DNA of 64,000 nt, taken from the NCBI GenBank assembly GCA_016748015.1, contig JAAOMT010000776.1, positions 62,001 through 126,000 of the forward strand. The letters are read 5' to 3'. The stretch is from Geosiphon pyriformis uo1. Taxonomy: Eukaryota; Fungi; Glomeromycota. Below, piece after piece: positions 36,627 through 48,985 of the stretch; the stretch's first letter is position 1; the number at the start of each line of letters is the position of its first letter. The translations under genes and the position numbers were made by a program. The notes beneath the pieces were generated by a model. That model was not told where the DNA came from. It saw nothing but the letters and a program-made list of their open reading frames with translations, and searched no databases.

Positions 36627-39600
36627 GTGATTTAGTCTGGAAGTTTGCAACATGTAATGTCAAAAGCATGAACAATTCTGCAAAGCAGGAAGACATTGTG
36701 CATTGGCATGTAAAATTTGGGAATATGGTCTCAATTGTTACTGAAACAAAATTGAAGTCTGATTGTAGATCTTGGATTATAAACAAGTTTGATGGTGTCA
36801 GAATTTTTTCATCTGGTTTGAACAAAGGGTTTCTGGGCACTGGGATGGTCATTATTATGAACAATTTTTTGGCCCATTATGTTTTTAAAGTTGAAGAGGT
36901 TCTTAGTTGGGTTATTTTAGTGCGTCTTTTATTTAAAGGTAAACTCTCAATTATGATCTTAGGTTTGTATATTGGTGCATCCTCTGGAACTAGGTTTGGT
37001 CAGGCTTTGGAAGTCAACTTTTTTATCATGAAGGCTCTGAACTTCAGTATTTTTGTGGTTTTGGATGGTGACTTTAATGAGAATAATTTTAAGAAAAATG
37101 CTAATTTTAGATTTTGTTTGGACCTGGGTTTAGCCAACTTGTTTGGTGCTCATCTGTTGGTCAAAACTTCTACATGGAGCAATTCGAGGAGTGTTAAGAA
37201 AACAATTAATTACATTTTTGTCAGTAATAATTTGTCTTCAGCAGTTGCTGGTCAGATTGTTACTTCTGTCTCTGATTATTTTAACGCTGATTACAAGACT
37301 GTTATGGTGTCTGTTAGTCTGGATGGGCTTTTGGATGTACATTTAAATGGTTTGCACAAGCAAGCTAATAAGGATTAATAGAAGTTTAAGATTGCAGATA
37401 CAGATGGTCCCAAATAGACTTGTTTCAAAGAGTGTTCTTTGGTCAGATTTTTTTTGCCGGTGCTGATGGAAATTTTGATTCTATGTGGTTCTTGTTGGTA
37501 AAAGTATTGGTCAATTCAGCAGATGAAACATTCTCTAGACATTGGTTTCATGAAGTCAAATGTTCTTCCAACAAACAATCTTCAAAATTTTTTAAGCTGA
37601 AACAGCTAGTTGCTAAAGTAGTGAAGTCTCTTCAGTCTGGTGATGTTTCTAAGTCTGGTTCTCTTCTCAATGCTTGGTTGAATACTGATGAAAGTAAGGC
37701 TTTTGAAGTTCAAAACATGTTGGATAGTGGTGTCAGCAGTGCAGATATTTTTGCCTGTTTGTCCAGATTTAGGAAAAGTTACTATTGTTCCAAGATGCAT
37801 AAGGTTAAAGCTGCTGAAGCTGCTACAATTAGGTATGCTATCGACAAGAGAATAGAAAATTTTTGCACAGACAAAGACAGCATAATCAGAAATATTTTAA
37901 ATAAACCTTTTCACAAGGTGGTCCTTGATCATTTGGTGGTGGATAACAAACTTGTTTTGGATTCTAGCAAAGTTAAATCCAAAGTTGATATGATAATAGA
38001 AGGGTGAACCAGAAAACAGTCAGCATTTACACCTCTCTCTATTCCTTGGGCTTGTCAGTATGTCCCTTTGCAATATGTGAATGATAATGCTTTCTTTAGT
38101 ATCATGAATATTATTGGTTTTAACAAGCTTTTTCAAGTTGTCAAACATTTGCTAGATGGGAAAGCTGCTGGCCTTAATGGTATTCCTAATGAATTGTGGA
38201 AACACTGTGATGAGATCATTTTTAGGAGTTTGTTAGATCTCCTGAATTTGTGCCTAAAGATAAACAAGGTTCCAGTTTTGTAAAAGAGGATGTAGGTCTC
38301 TATGATACCTAAATCTTATGATTGGGATGGTGTCCTAATGAACACTCACCCTATTGCTCTATTAAAGACTGCTTGTAAGATCTTTTCTAAGATCCTTTCA
38401 GATCAAATTTTTCTTGTTTGCAGTAAGTTTGGTGTATTGTGTGGAAATAATTTTTCCATTCTTTGAGATACTTTTACACAGTCTCCTATTTCTGCTGTTG
38501 GCTTGATTGTAGAAGATGCTTTGGAGAAAGACAGAGAGGTTTGGTTAGTTTTGTAAGATATGTGTAAGACGTATGACTCAGTTGACTGGCATTATTTGGA
38601 GGCTAGTTTGCAGTACATTAAAATGTGTGGCAGATTTATTGAGTTTTTTGGTAAGATTCATAAAGACAGATTGAACCGTGTTATAACAGATTTTGGTCTT
38701 TTGAATGGTTACTAGATTCTGGATAGTCTTGATTAAGGTGAAGTGCTCTCTCCTCTCTTTTGGCAGATCTTCTATGATTCCTTGCTGTATAAGATTAAAA
38801 GACAGGAAAGCATATGTGGCTATTGAATTGATACCAAGTTTGTGGCCAGATTAGGCAGGATAAACAATATGGGTGGAATGACTTTTTTCTTTGCAGTTGG
38901 TGCTTTTGTCGATAATATTATCTGGATTGGGAGTAGTCAGACTGTCACACAATTTATATTGGACGTTATCAGTGAGTTCTTTGCAATTAATGATATTTTA
39001 ACAAAATAGTGGTCATTCCCATCAACCAGAGGGTTCAAAAAGCTGTTCTTAAAATCAGTGGGTTGTCTATTTCAATTGCTAAACATGATGTGCCTCATAG
39101 ATACTTGGGTATATTCTTGTTGACTGATAGTTTGTCCAAGCCCAGCTTGGCTAAAGCTCAGTCTGATGTCAAGTTTTTTTCCAATATGGTGCTATGTAAA
39201 GCTATTTCAGACAAACAATTTATGTATTTGGTATCAGCTGTCCTTCAGCTCATTGTTAGCTATCGTATCCAATTTAGTTTTGTGTCTTCTGCTGTTTGTC
39301 AGCACTGGGATGGTTTAGTTAGAAAGAGCTTCAAGTTAAAGACTGGTTTGTCCTGAGATTTTCTGAATAAGGTGCTCTATCATCCCTTACTTTATGGTCT
39401 GAAGATGTTTGAACAAGTTCAAGCTGAAAGGAAGTCTGCTTCTGTCATGAGTTTTTCTAATTCTTCTGGAATTGTTAGTCAGCTTTTTGAGCACCACTTC
39501 CTGGATTTGCAGATTTTGGGTTGGGTCCTTCTTAATTCTCTGCAGTTTTCTATAAGGCTGCATGTTGGTTTTTCTAACAACTTTCTGGCTAAGATAGTGT

Positions 39601-41282
39601 GTATTCTTTTAATCAATAAAATTTCTATGATGAACAATTTGCCTAATGCTTTTCTTAGTCCTAACAAGTATTCTGTCTCTGGTGTTTTAAGGCCTTCTTT
39701 GTACTATGATCAAGTTAGTTCTTTGAAAAGATTTGGTGTAGCTTTCTGTGATAGACTTTTAGACAAATAAGATAAAATTTTGGATTGGCAAACATTCCGG
39801 TATTGGAAGAAGCTGGATCCCAGAGGACTTGTATCTTCTTGGTTTATATTGGTGTCAAAATTTTTGCATGATAAAGTTCTTCTGTTGGCTCCATCCAATA
39901 GCAATTCTTTGGTGGATATCAATGATGTTTTGCTTTCAGATTAGTTTTCTGCTGTTAAGAATGGTTTGCTTGAGATCTGGTCAGGTTCTATTTCTGTTTT
40001 CATGGATGGCTCTTTGAAGGAGCTCAGTTCTGTTGATGTGGCTAGAAATGCTGCAGCATTTTTTCTTGAAATTGGGTTGGGCATTAGGGTTAGAGTTGTA
40101 GGTCTATTGTTTTTTACAATGGCTGAGTTGCAGACTGTTGCCTTGGTACTGGAATGTGTATCTTCTTTTTGTTCAGTGGAGATGTGCTTGGACAGCCAAG
40201 CTGTCTTGGATACATGTGTTTTGGAGTCAAGGTCAGGTGGCCCTGATTTTTGTAATTGTTGTTGGATAGAGAGGAGGCATATTGCGAATTTAATTGTTCA
40301 AAAAAACATTTCTGTAAGCTGGTTAAAGGTCAAAAAACACTCTGGTGTACTGAGTAATATTCATGCAGATGTGCTGGCAGGCACTTTTGCTCATTTTTCT
40401 CTGTTTTTGCTGACTAATGTATGTGAACGTTTTTTAATAGCCAATGGCATGCTGATTTCTGGTAACATTCAACACTTTGTTTGGGACATTTTTAGATTTG
40501 TGAATCGCATGTGCTGAGAAGTTGGTCTTAATTCTAAGATTCTGGGTGGGTTTTCAATTTGTGATGTTGATTGAGTTAGAATCATGGCCATCTGGCATCC
40601 TGATTCGAGTATGTTTTCAGGTTCTATGAGTAGACATTTGGCTGGTTTGCACTCCTATTTTATGAAAGCAGTATATGGTAGGCTGCCTGTTGTGGTTAGA
40701 AAGAGACTTTATAACAAAAACTATCCTGGAGTTTTGTGTTTACAATGTGGAGAAGTTGAGTTCTCTAATTATGTGTTTACCTGTGGCAAAAAATCTATCT
40801 CCTGTAAGAAGATTCTATTTGAGTGTGTGTCAACTTGGAGGTCTTTGGCTGGTTCTCGTCTTCCAGTTTCTTCCATGGTCTCAGAATCTCTTCTTTCATG
40901 TGTGTCTGATGTCAGCTTTTATGCTTTTTTTTGTAAAGATTTTGTGCTGACAGGGTGGTTTGAGGAAGCTGTGCAGATTTTTGTGGATCACAAAGAAGCT
41001 GCTCAGGTTCTGGTTGACTTTGTACAAAATATGGGTGTGCATCACCATTCTGAGTTGTGGAAGTTCAAGTTCAAGTTTAGGGCTAACATGGAGAGAAACA
41101 ATCTGGTTAGTAACTTAGGAGTGTTGCCATTGGTGCATTGTAGCTTAGAGCAAAGTGTGTCAGATGCCATAGTTAGATTGATTGGTATTGATGATTCTTT
41201 TGGAAAGAGTTTTGGTTTTTGTAGGCCTTGTTTATTTTTTTCCAGTTTGTTTAATATAGTATCTGTTTATATAAGTGTGTAG
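36623..41282 (+). pseudogene. LINE copy 1 ORF2 (APE endonuclease, RT, RNase H, C-terminal Zn finger)
   Basis: ATCNV, GDFN, AFVDN (decayed FVDD), FMDGS...AELQ...DSQ...KKHSG, CLQCGEVE....TC. Confidence 0.93.
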
Positions 41283-41615
41283 TATTGCTTTAATTAGTCC
41301 AAGTAACTAGTCACATGTAGTAAATGCATGAATCACATCTAGCTGGGGTCCACAGTTTTAACTCTGTATACTAGGTAGTCATTGGGCTGCATTTATTAAA
41401 CTTTAATAAAAAAATAAAAATACTCTTATTATATATATAATTAACATTATATGAAATTCTTTGGATTCTTTTAATTTTTCTAATCAGAAATTCTGGAATT
41501 TTTGGAATTTTGGAATTTTTTGAAAAAAATTCTGAAATTTTTCTTTTTACTGCATCTATTTTTAATTGGCTACTTTATCTCCTTATTAAGAATTTCTAAA
41601 TTTTTATAAGTAATA

Positions 41616-44600
41616 CTGTTTAAGAAATTAAAAAGTTTGGATCAAATAGAAGAAAAAACATATTAATTAATTTTATAGAAGATAATAATAACAAAATAAA
41701 AATTATCTACACTAACATAATTATTTCTATTCTTTTATATTAATAATATATTCTAAAAGTAAATTAGAAAATTCAAAATCAAGCTTTATTATTTAAAACT
41801 GATCCAAAAATCTGTTTTATAACCAATGTTATCAACCTATATATATTTGCCAAAGCTTACAAACATTTTAAAATTTCTATTTACAATTCCACTAAAAATA
41901 TTATTAAAATTTTTAAAGAAACTTTTATTGGCTTTATTTCTTTAGATATTTAAAATCCATAGAAATCTCAACTTTGCACAATTGTTTTTATTTTGTAATA
42001 TTATCTTATAAGTATAAAATCTGTCAAAAAAAAACTACCTGTTTACACCAAAAAAAATTGCTAAACTAAATTTAAAAAATTTGAGTACACTATAGCAGAT
42101 GCAATTTAAAGTTTTCTTAAATTAATATACCAATATTTTTGCCAGTAAAAACAAATTTGGATGTACTAATATTATAAAACATCAAATTAACACAAAAAAT
42201 GTCTAGCTTATTAAAAAACAAGTTTATTAAGTAACTCTAGTAAGTAACAACTTAATTAAACAGGAGATAAAATAAATGCTAGATAACAGATTAATTAAAG
42301 AATTGTTAAGTCTTTAGTCTTCTTCAATAATATTGATTACCAAAAAAAATGGGAAATACAGTTCTATATAGATTATCAAAAACTTAACAGTATCATTTAA
42401 AAAAATAGTTATCCAACTTCTTTTATTTAGGAAATTCTAAATAATTTAAGAAATAAAAAATAATTCTCATTATTAAACTTAGCCAGTAAATATTAACAAG
42501 TTAAAATAAATCTCAAAAACAAAAGAAAGACAGTATTTATTACCAAAATAAAAATTTTGAATTCAATGTAATGTCTTTTGAACTCTACAATACTTTAGCT
42601 ATCTTTTAATGTTTTATAGATATTATGTACAAAAAATTCTTTAAAAATTAATTGTAATATACTTGGATGATATCAATGTATTTTCTGAAACCTTTGATGA
42701 TCATCTATTTTACTTTTAACAATTTTTTAATTGTCTTTAAAACATTAAACTAAAACTCAATTTAGACAAATGTTTTTTTGAGAAAACCAAACTAAAATTT
42801 TTAAGACATGTAATAAGAAAAAACAGAGTAAAACCAAATTTCAACAAAATTAAAAAGATCAAAAACTTTCTGGTTCTAACCAATCTATGAGAACTAAGAA
42901 GATTCTTAGAACTGGCTAAATACTATTACAGATTTGTCAAAAACTTTTCTAACATTACAAAACCATTTTATTATTTGCTGTTAAAACATATTTTGTATTT
43001 ATAGAAAAAAAAACAATAAAAAACTTTTAACTATTTTAAACAATGCTTAATAAAAGCACTAATATTGATTTATTTAGACTTTAATAAACACTTTATTATT
43101 ACTATAAACATTTTAAAAAATGCACTAAGAGCTGTTTTATTACAAATTGAATCAAACAATTGAGAACATATAATCATTTATATTAGTTATAATATTAGTG
43201 CAGCAGAAAAAATATATAGCATAACAGATTTGAAATATTTTACTATTTACTAAACAGTACAAAATTAAAAACATTACTTTTACTAACTATTTAATCTACA
43301 TACTAATTATAAAAGACTTATTTAATTATTTAGCAAGCCACAACTAAAAAAAAATATGTACAATAGAGTACTTATTTTTAATAATTCTTATACAAAGTAT
43401 ATTATAAAAAAAAAACCAAAAACATCAATGTTAACAGTTTGTTAAAAATAATACAAATCTAATTCTAGACTCATAAATACAACTACTTATTAACAATTAT
43501 ATTAGTATCTGTTAATATTTTAATTTGAGAAAAATTTATTTTAATAGAAACAAAGTATAATATGAAAACAAGCCCATAATTATTTTATTCAAAACAACTA
43601 ACTATATTATCAAGAATACTAAAACTGTACTACTTCACAATAAGTTATAAAAAACAATGAAAAAAAAACTGTTTTGCATAACATGTACTCTAATCCCATT
43701 ATAGAATACTTTAATAAAGATAATACTCTAGAAAAAACAATAAATTTATATTATTAGCCAATAATATATAAGAATATTTTGAATACATTCTCAATTATAA
43801 CTTATGTTAATAAAGAGAAAGAACCAGAATAACAGAACTATTTTGTCTTATTTCAATTAGAAATTTATTTAATAGAATTGAAATTGATTTGGTTGAACTT
43901 TTCTTTATTACATCTAAAAAAAATTGTTATATTGTCATAGTTGTAAACTATCTTATTAAATAGCCTAAAGCCAGAGCTATTTAAGTAGCAAATGCTAAAA
44001 CAATAATCGAATTTGTATATTAGAATCTGATTTGTCAACATAGATCTGATTTGCTAATATAGATATCTAAAAGAATTATTATCTAATTAAGAATGCATTT
44101 TATTAATAGCATATTAACTGAATTAAATTAACAATTCAAAATAAAACAACTATTATTCTTATTATATTACTTACAAACAAATAGACTGGTAAAACAATTT
44201 AACCAAACATTGTGTAAAGCATTAGCAAAAATAAGTTATAAAAATGCACAAAAATAAGACTTATTTATATTTTCTGTATTATTTGTATACTGAATATTAA
44301 AGCAAAATACCTAGTTTATATCATTCAAACTAATTTACAAAAAAAAAGCCATCTTACTTATTGAGTAAAAAATATCTTCTTTCTTAACAAAAACAATTAC
44401 CAAAGAAAATTTTGAAGCTATTTTATACCAAAAAACATATCAGCTTATAAAAACATTAAAAAACAATCATAGAACAGCAGCTGACAATATTAATAATACT
44501 TAAAAATAACAGAAAAAAAGATATGATAATTGTCTACTTAATCAATTAATTGTATTTAAAATTAAAAATTGAGTACTATTATATTGTATAAAAGCTAAAA

Positions 44601-44848
44601 AACAGTGGAATTAAAGATTTGATTTAAAATAGAATAAACTATTTTACATACATGAAGTTTTAAACAATGAAGCTTACAAATTAAGATTAGAAGACAAAAT
44701 TTTAAAAAAAATAACACATAGAAATCAGTTAAAAATTTATTATACAAACCAAAAATTATTATTATTCATACTTCAACTAAAAACACAGATTTCATTAATT
44801 AGACCAGAAAATATATTACGAGATCTAGAACCAATTATTATTATTTAA
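41616..44848 (+). pseudogene. pol: Element D pol remainder: dUTPase end, RT, RNase H, integrase
   Basis: YLDD at 42660; FNRIEIDLV near 43870; ends LEPIIII*. Confidence 0.85.
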
Positions 44849-44889
44849 ACATAATTAATATATATTTATTTAATTAAAAAAATTTAAGT

Positions 44890-45599
44890 ATATATAAAGA
44901 TTAAAACAACAAAAAAAAGTTAATCGTACTCTCAATATAAACTTTTTAAATCAAATTCTAAGACTCTCAAAACAATTATTTGAAGCAATCTAAAAATCCA
45001 CAACACTAATAGAAATTACAATTTATAGAAAAAAAATTTAATACAAAAATTTAAGCAAGAAAAAAATAAGCAAAAGTTCAATTTGAACTAAATAGTTTTA
45101 TTTTTACAAACAATCAAAGAAAAAAAAAATATGTGGTTGTATCTGCTTGACAAAATTAAAAAAGCTTTAAACAGATTAAACTTGAAACCAATAACAAAAA
45201 AATAAATACCAAAAACCTCCAAAGCATAGAAAAAAAAACTTTTACTAATATACTGGTTCTTTAAAATTAACAAAAAACTTAATTTACAAATACTATACTT
45301 AGATACCAACAAATAAATATTCAATAAAGAAGCTCTAAAACAAATAGAAAAATTTGTTAAGAGAAATAACTTAACACTATACTATAAAGTAACATACTAA
45401 CTGTATTTAGCATTTAAATATTATCTAACAATACTATTAAACAGTTTACTAAAGTTTATTATAGTTAATAACATAAGACAAATAACAAATACACAGTTTG
45501 AAAATTTATAAAAAACAATATTTGACACAATAATTGAATATTATACTAAAAAAAACAATTTTCACAAATACATATAATTTTACAAAAGCTCAATTTTAA
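44890..45599 (+). pseudogene. Element D ORF3 (unknown protein)
   Basis: Reads LNQILRLSKQLFEAI...QIEKFVKRNNL..YKVTY*LYLAFKYY...VNNIRQITNTQF...AQF*. Confidence 0.68.
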
Positions 45600-45612
45600 A
45601 AGAAAAAGATAA

Positions 45613-45851
45613 TATTATCTAAATAAAAAAGCCAATTTAAAAGCTAATAAAAAAATATGATTAAAATATAATAACATAAAAAAAACATAATAATACAAAA
45701 TAATATCTAATAACTCAAGATAACATAAAATAATACACAATAATATGAAATAGTTCAAAATATTTAGCTATAATATAAGATAATTAGTTATAGTATAAAA
45801 AAACAAAACAACAATAATAATAAATGATTAAAAGCAATCTTATAAAACTAG
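45613..45851 (+). repeat. Truncated 3' LTR of D (preceded by PPT AAAAGAAAAAGATAA)
   Basis: Aligns to 6923 to about 7200, then similarity stops. Confidence 0.75.
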
Positions 45852-46972
45852 TTTTTAAGTCCATAATAAAAAGATTATTTGTATAAAAAATATTTAAAAA
45901 AAAACAACAAAAAAACACAAAAAATTTTTTTATTAAAAAAACATGTTCTTTGAGAAATTTTAGATATAAAAAAAAAGTTTTTTTATTTTTATTAATTATT
46001 TGGTATTATTATTAGTTATTTTATATTATTTTATATTATTATATACTATAATTTTTGTATTATTTTTGAAATATATATTTTTAAATTATATATTCTTTTA
46101 TTGTTTTGAATTTTTTTTACATTTTTTATTATTATGAACAATTAGCTTTAATTTTATTATTTTATTATTATATTAAAAAACATATTATTTTATTATAATA
46201 TTATTTAACATAAATAAAGTTATAAAAATATCTTGTTTTAAAAATATTACTTAAATATTACAAATAAAATTTACTTTATGTTTATTATTTTATAACTTTT
46301 TAATAAATTTTTTTATTTTTATTTTCTAAATTGGATATTTGAAGTCTATTTTTTTTAATAATTAATTAAAAAAATTCAATATAGTTTTAATATCATAGTT
46401 TTAACTTTTTAATAATTTAATTTTTTTTTGTGTTTTTAATAAAAATTGATTATTTTTTTTTAAATATAATATTAAATTGGTTTTTGTTTTAAAAACAATC
46501 ATTAATAATATTATGATTTTTTTTATTTTATAAATATTTTTATAAAATTTTTTTTTACTGTTTTTTTATATAATTAAAAATAAATTTATATAATTATATA
46601 TATACTATAATAAAAATAATTATATGATATAATATAAATATATTATAAAATAAAATTATTAATATTTAAACAAAGTATTTAAACTTGTAATTTTATTTAA
46701 TAATAATAAATAAAAATTTAAAAAATTCGAGTAAATTTAAAATTATTAGTAATATTTTTATTTATTTGTTAATTTAAATTTAAGTATTAATATTAAAATA
46801 TATAATATTTTTAATATTGGTTAAATTATAGATAATAATTTTAATTTTAAAGTATATTTTATCTTTTAATAAAGTTTTAATAAATTTAAATAATTAAATA
46901 GTCTTAAACACTTGTATTTTTAAATTAAATCTGATTTTACCAAATTTTTGCAATTATTATTAATTAAAAAAC
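45852..46972. other. Extremely AT-rich non-coding tract (contiguous with 53821-54998 and 61863-62340 once LINE copies 2 and 3 are removed)
   Basis: Very few G/C bases, no ORFs. The LINE TSDs show that the three pieces were once one tract. Confidence 0.7.
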
Positions 46973-47110
46973 AATATATAGTAAATAAATAGAAAAACTT
47001 TTTTCTTTTTTGCATCCACAAATTCTTAAAAAGTGCTTTTCTGAAAAAAAAGTTTTTTATTTTTTTCTTGTTAGTATCTTACAATTTTTTTTTCTAATAA
47101 CCCCTTTTTC

Positions 47111-48985
47111 ATGGACTTAGAAGCTGCTTCTAGTGACAATATGTCTAAAAAAAAGGCACCAAAAGATGCTTTTTATGGTTCTACAGGTGGTTATTTTTCA
47201 CAGAAAAAGAAAGTTGTGTCTGAGAATATTAAACATTTGGGTGACAAAAAAGATATCTCTCTGAACAAGTCTGAGCTTGGTGACAATATGTTTTCTAATG
47301 TGGATAGTTTGTTTGGTGATGAAAAAGGTGCTAATATGACTAACATCAATGTTGGGTTTCTTCTGGATTTGGCTGCCAACACTCCTAAAACAAAGCATAT
47401 TAATACTGGTGTCATTTTTGGTTTTTCACTTAGTTCTTCCAACTTTGATATAAATAATAATAAAGAAGTCTCTTTTCCTTTCTGCTTCTCAATCTCTTTG
47501 AATAAAAAGTGAATTGATCCCAAAATTGTCAAGACTCAGATGAAGGTCTTAGTTAGGAAGTCATTTGCTTTGGACATTAATCTTTCAGCTGTGGAAGGGA
47601 AATTGGCAATGGCAAAAACTCAATTCACCAGAAATTTTTTTTCAATAATCAATGGTTTTGGGGGGGCCACTACCTTTTCAAAGTTTGAAAAGATCATCAG
47701 ATCTACATTTATCTCAGAGGAGAGCATAAAAAAAACCACATTATTGGCCAGAGAGAATGAAATTACTGTAAATAGCAATTTTAAGAAACAAAGAATATGT
47801 TCAAATCAGACTGTAGTAATTAAGGAAATTCTCATGAACATGCCAAAAAAAATAATCATTGCTATGGTGTCTATATTTGAAGAAATCAAGTTGATCAAGA
47901 TTCAGCTAATTGGAATGTGGCAAAAAACTGTAATAGAATTTGCCAAATTGAGACAGACAGAGCAATTAGCATTAAGATGATTATTCCTTATTGGGAAGAA
48001 CTCAGTGCATGTGGCTATAGCCATGGGAGATTGGGATACTTGGATGTCTAAGGATTGTTTTAGAGCACTTTTGTTTACTTTGCCAATAGAAACAACTGCA
48101 TATGATCTTGGTACTCTTTTGAAAAGGGCTGATGAGAAAACTTGTGTAATCAATCATTCACTGAAAACTGGCAATCAGATTTGCTGCACTGTCATTGGTT
48201 TTAAATCTGAAAATGAGCTTGAATTTGCATTTCGCACTGAGCCAATTTTTGGTGGTGTGAGACTTTCTTGGACTAGATTAGACTTGGTTTGGTGTGAAAG
48301 GTGTGGGAAGTTTGGACACTCAGCTTTGGAATGTGATGCTTCTGACACTCTGGTGTCTGCTCTTTCTAAAAACTTAAAAAAAAATGTTTTTAATATGAGT
48401 CATCTTTAGTTGACCAGGTTATATGCCAAGAAAAATGTTTCTATCTCTTATTCTGTTGTTTTTAGTGGCAAGTTGTGGGCTCAAGTAGTCTTTTCTGCAT
48501 CTTTTTTTGGTGGTTTTTAGTTTGATTCTGGTTCTGATTCTGGTTTTTTTTCTTTTAGTACTTCAGGTTTGGATGGTGGTTCTCCTCTTGTCCTGACCAA
48601 TGATTTATTTTTGAATATTTGTTTGGCTTCTTTGAAATGTTCCTTAGAGCTCTTAAATGATCAGGTTTCTGGTATTGTACACAAGATCAATGACATGGAA
48701 TTGGTGTCTTTGGCTCCCCCTTTTTCTTCTGTTCATTCAGTTGTCTCAATAAACATAAACTTGGATTTGAATTTGGATATGGTTTTGGATGGTTCTATGG
48801 TTGTATTTATACTTTCCTCTGTTGTTTTGGCTTTGGGCTTCAGTAGTTTAAGAATTTTGATGACTAAAGTGAACTGTTTGGAGTCCAAGTTGGTGGCTCT
48901 TAAAGCCTCAATCGGTTCAGTTTTGGTAAAGTTGGATCAGTTGTGTGCTGGCTCAGGTTCTCAAATGTTTTCTTCTTCCCAATAA
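47111..48985 (+). pseudogene. LINE copy 2 ORF1 (knuckle CERCGKFGHSALEC)
   Basis: ORFs 47111, 47540, 48005 and 48569 are in one frame. Confidence 0.88.

Larger units (their letters stand above)
34682..41418 (+). mobile_element. Full-length non-LTR retrotransposon (L1-like LINE with RNase H), copy 1
   Basis: TSD AATACTCTTA (34672-34681 / 41419-41428), A-rich tail, ORF1 and ORF2. Confidence 0.95.
25003..41615 (-). mobile_element. Ty3/Gypsy element E, full length, dUTPase-carrying; inserted in the D dUTPase; 5' LTR split by LINE copy 1
   Basis: LTRs at 25003-25835 and 34027-34680 plus 41419-41615; TSD TTGT (24999-25002) / CTGT (41616-41619); PBS at 34008-34024. Confidence 0.93.
6923..45851 (+). 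mobile_element. Ty3/Gypsy element D (host of the nested stack, most decayed); own segments 6923-8613, 21711-25002, 41616-45851
   Basis: LTR at 6923 matches 45613 onward. Gag resumes across the C insertion, and the dUTPase C-terminal motif (..KKFGS) resumes across the E insertion. YLDD at 42660-42671. Confidence 0.88.

Noticed and set aside
41280-41405. Hammerhead, HDV-like, twister or pistol ribozyme assignment for the LINE 3' UTR
   Set aside because: I could not fit the catalytic cores (CUGANGA/GAAA, HDV P3-L3 spacing with catalytic C, twister or pistol conserved residues). Kept only as an unassigned structure.
45851-45900. TSD and true 3' end of element D
   Set aside because: The 3' LTR is truncated after about 240 bp, so no right-hand TSD can be identified.
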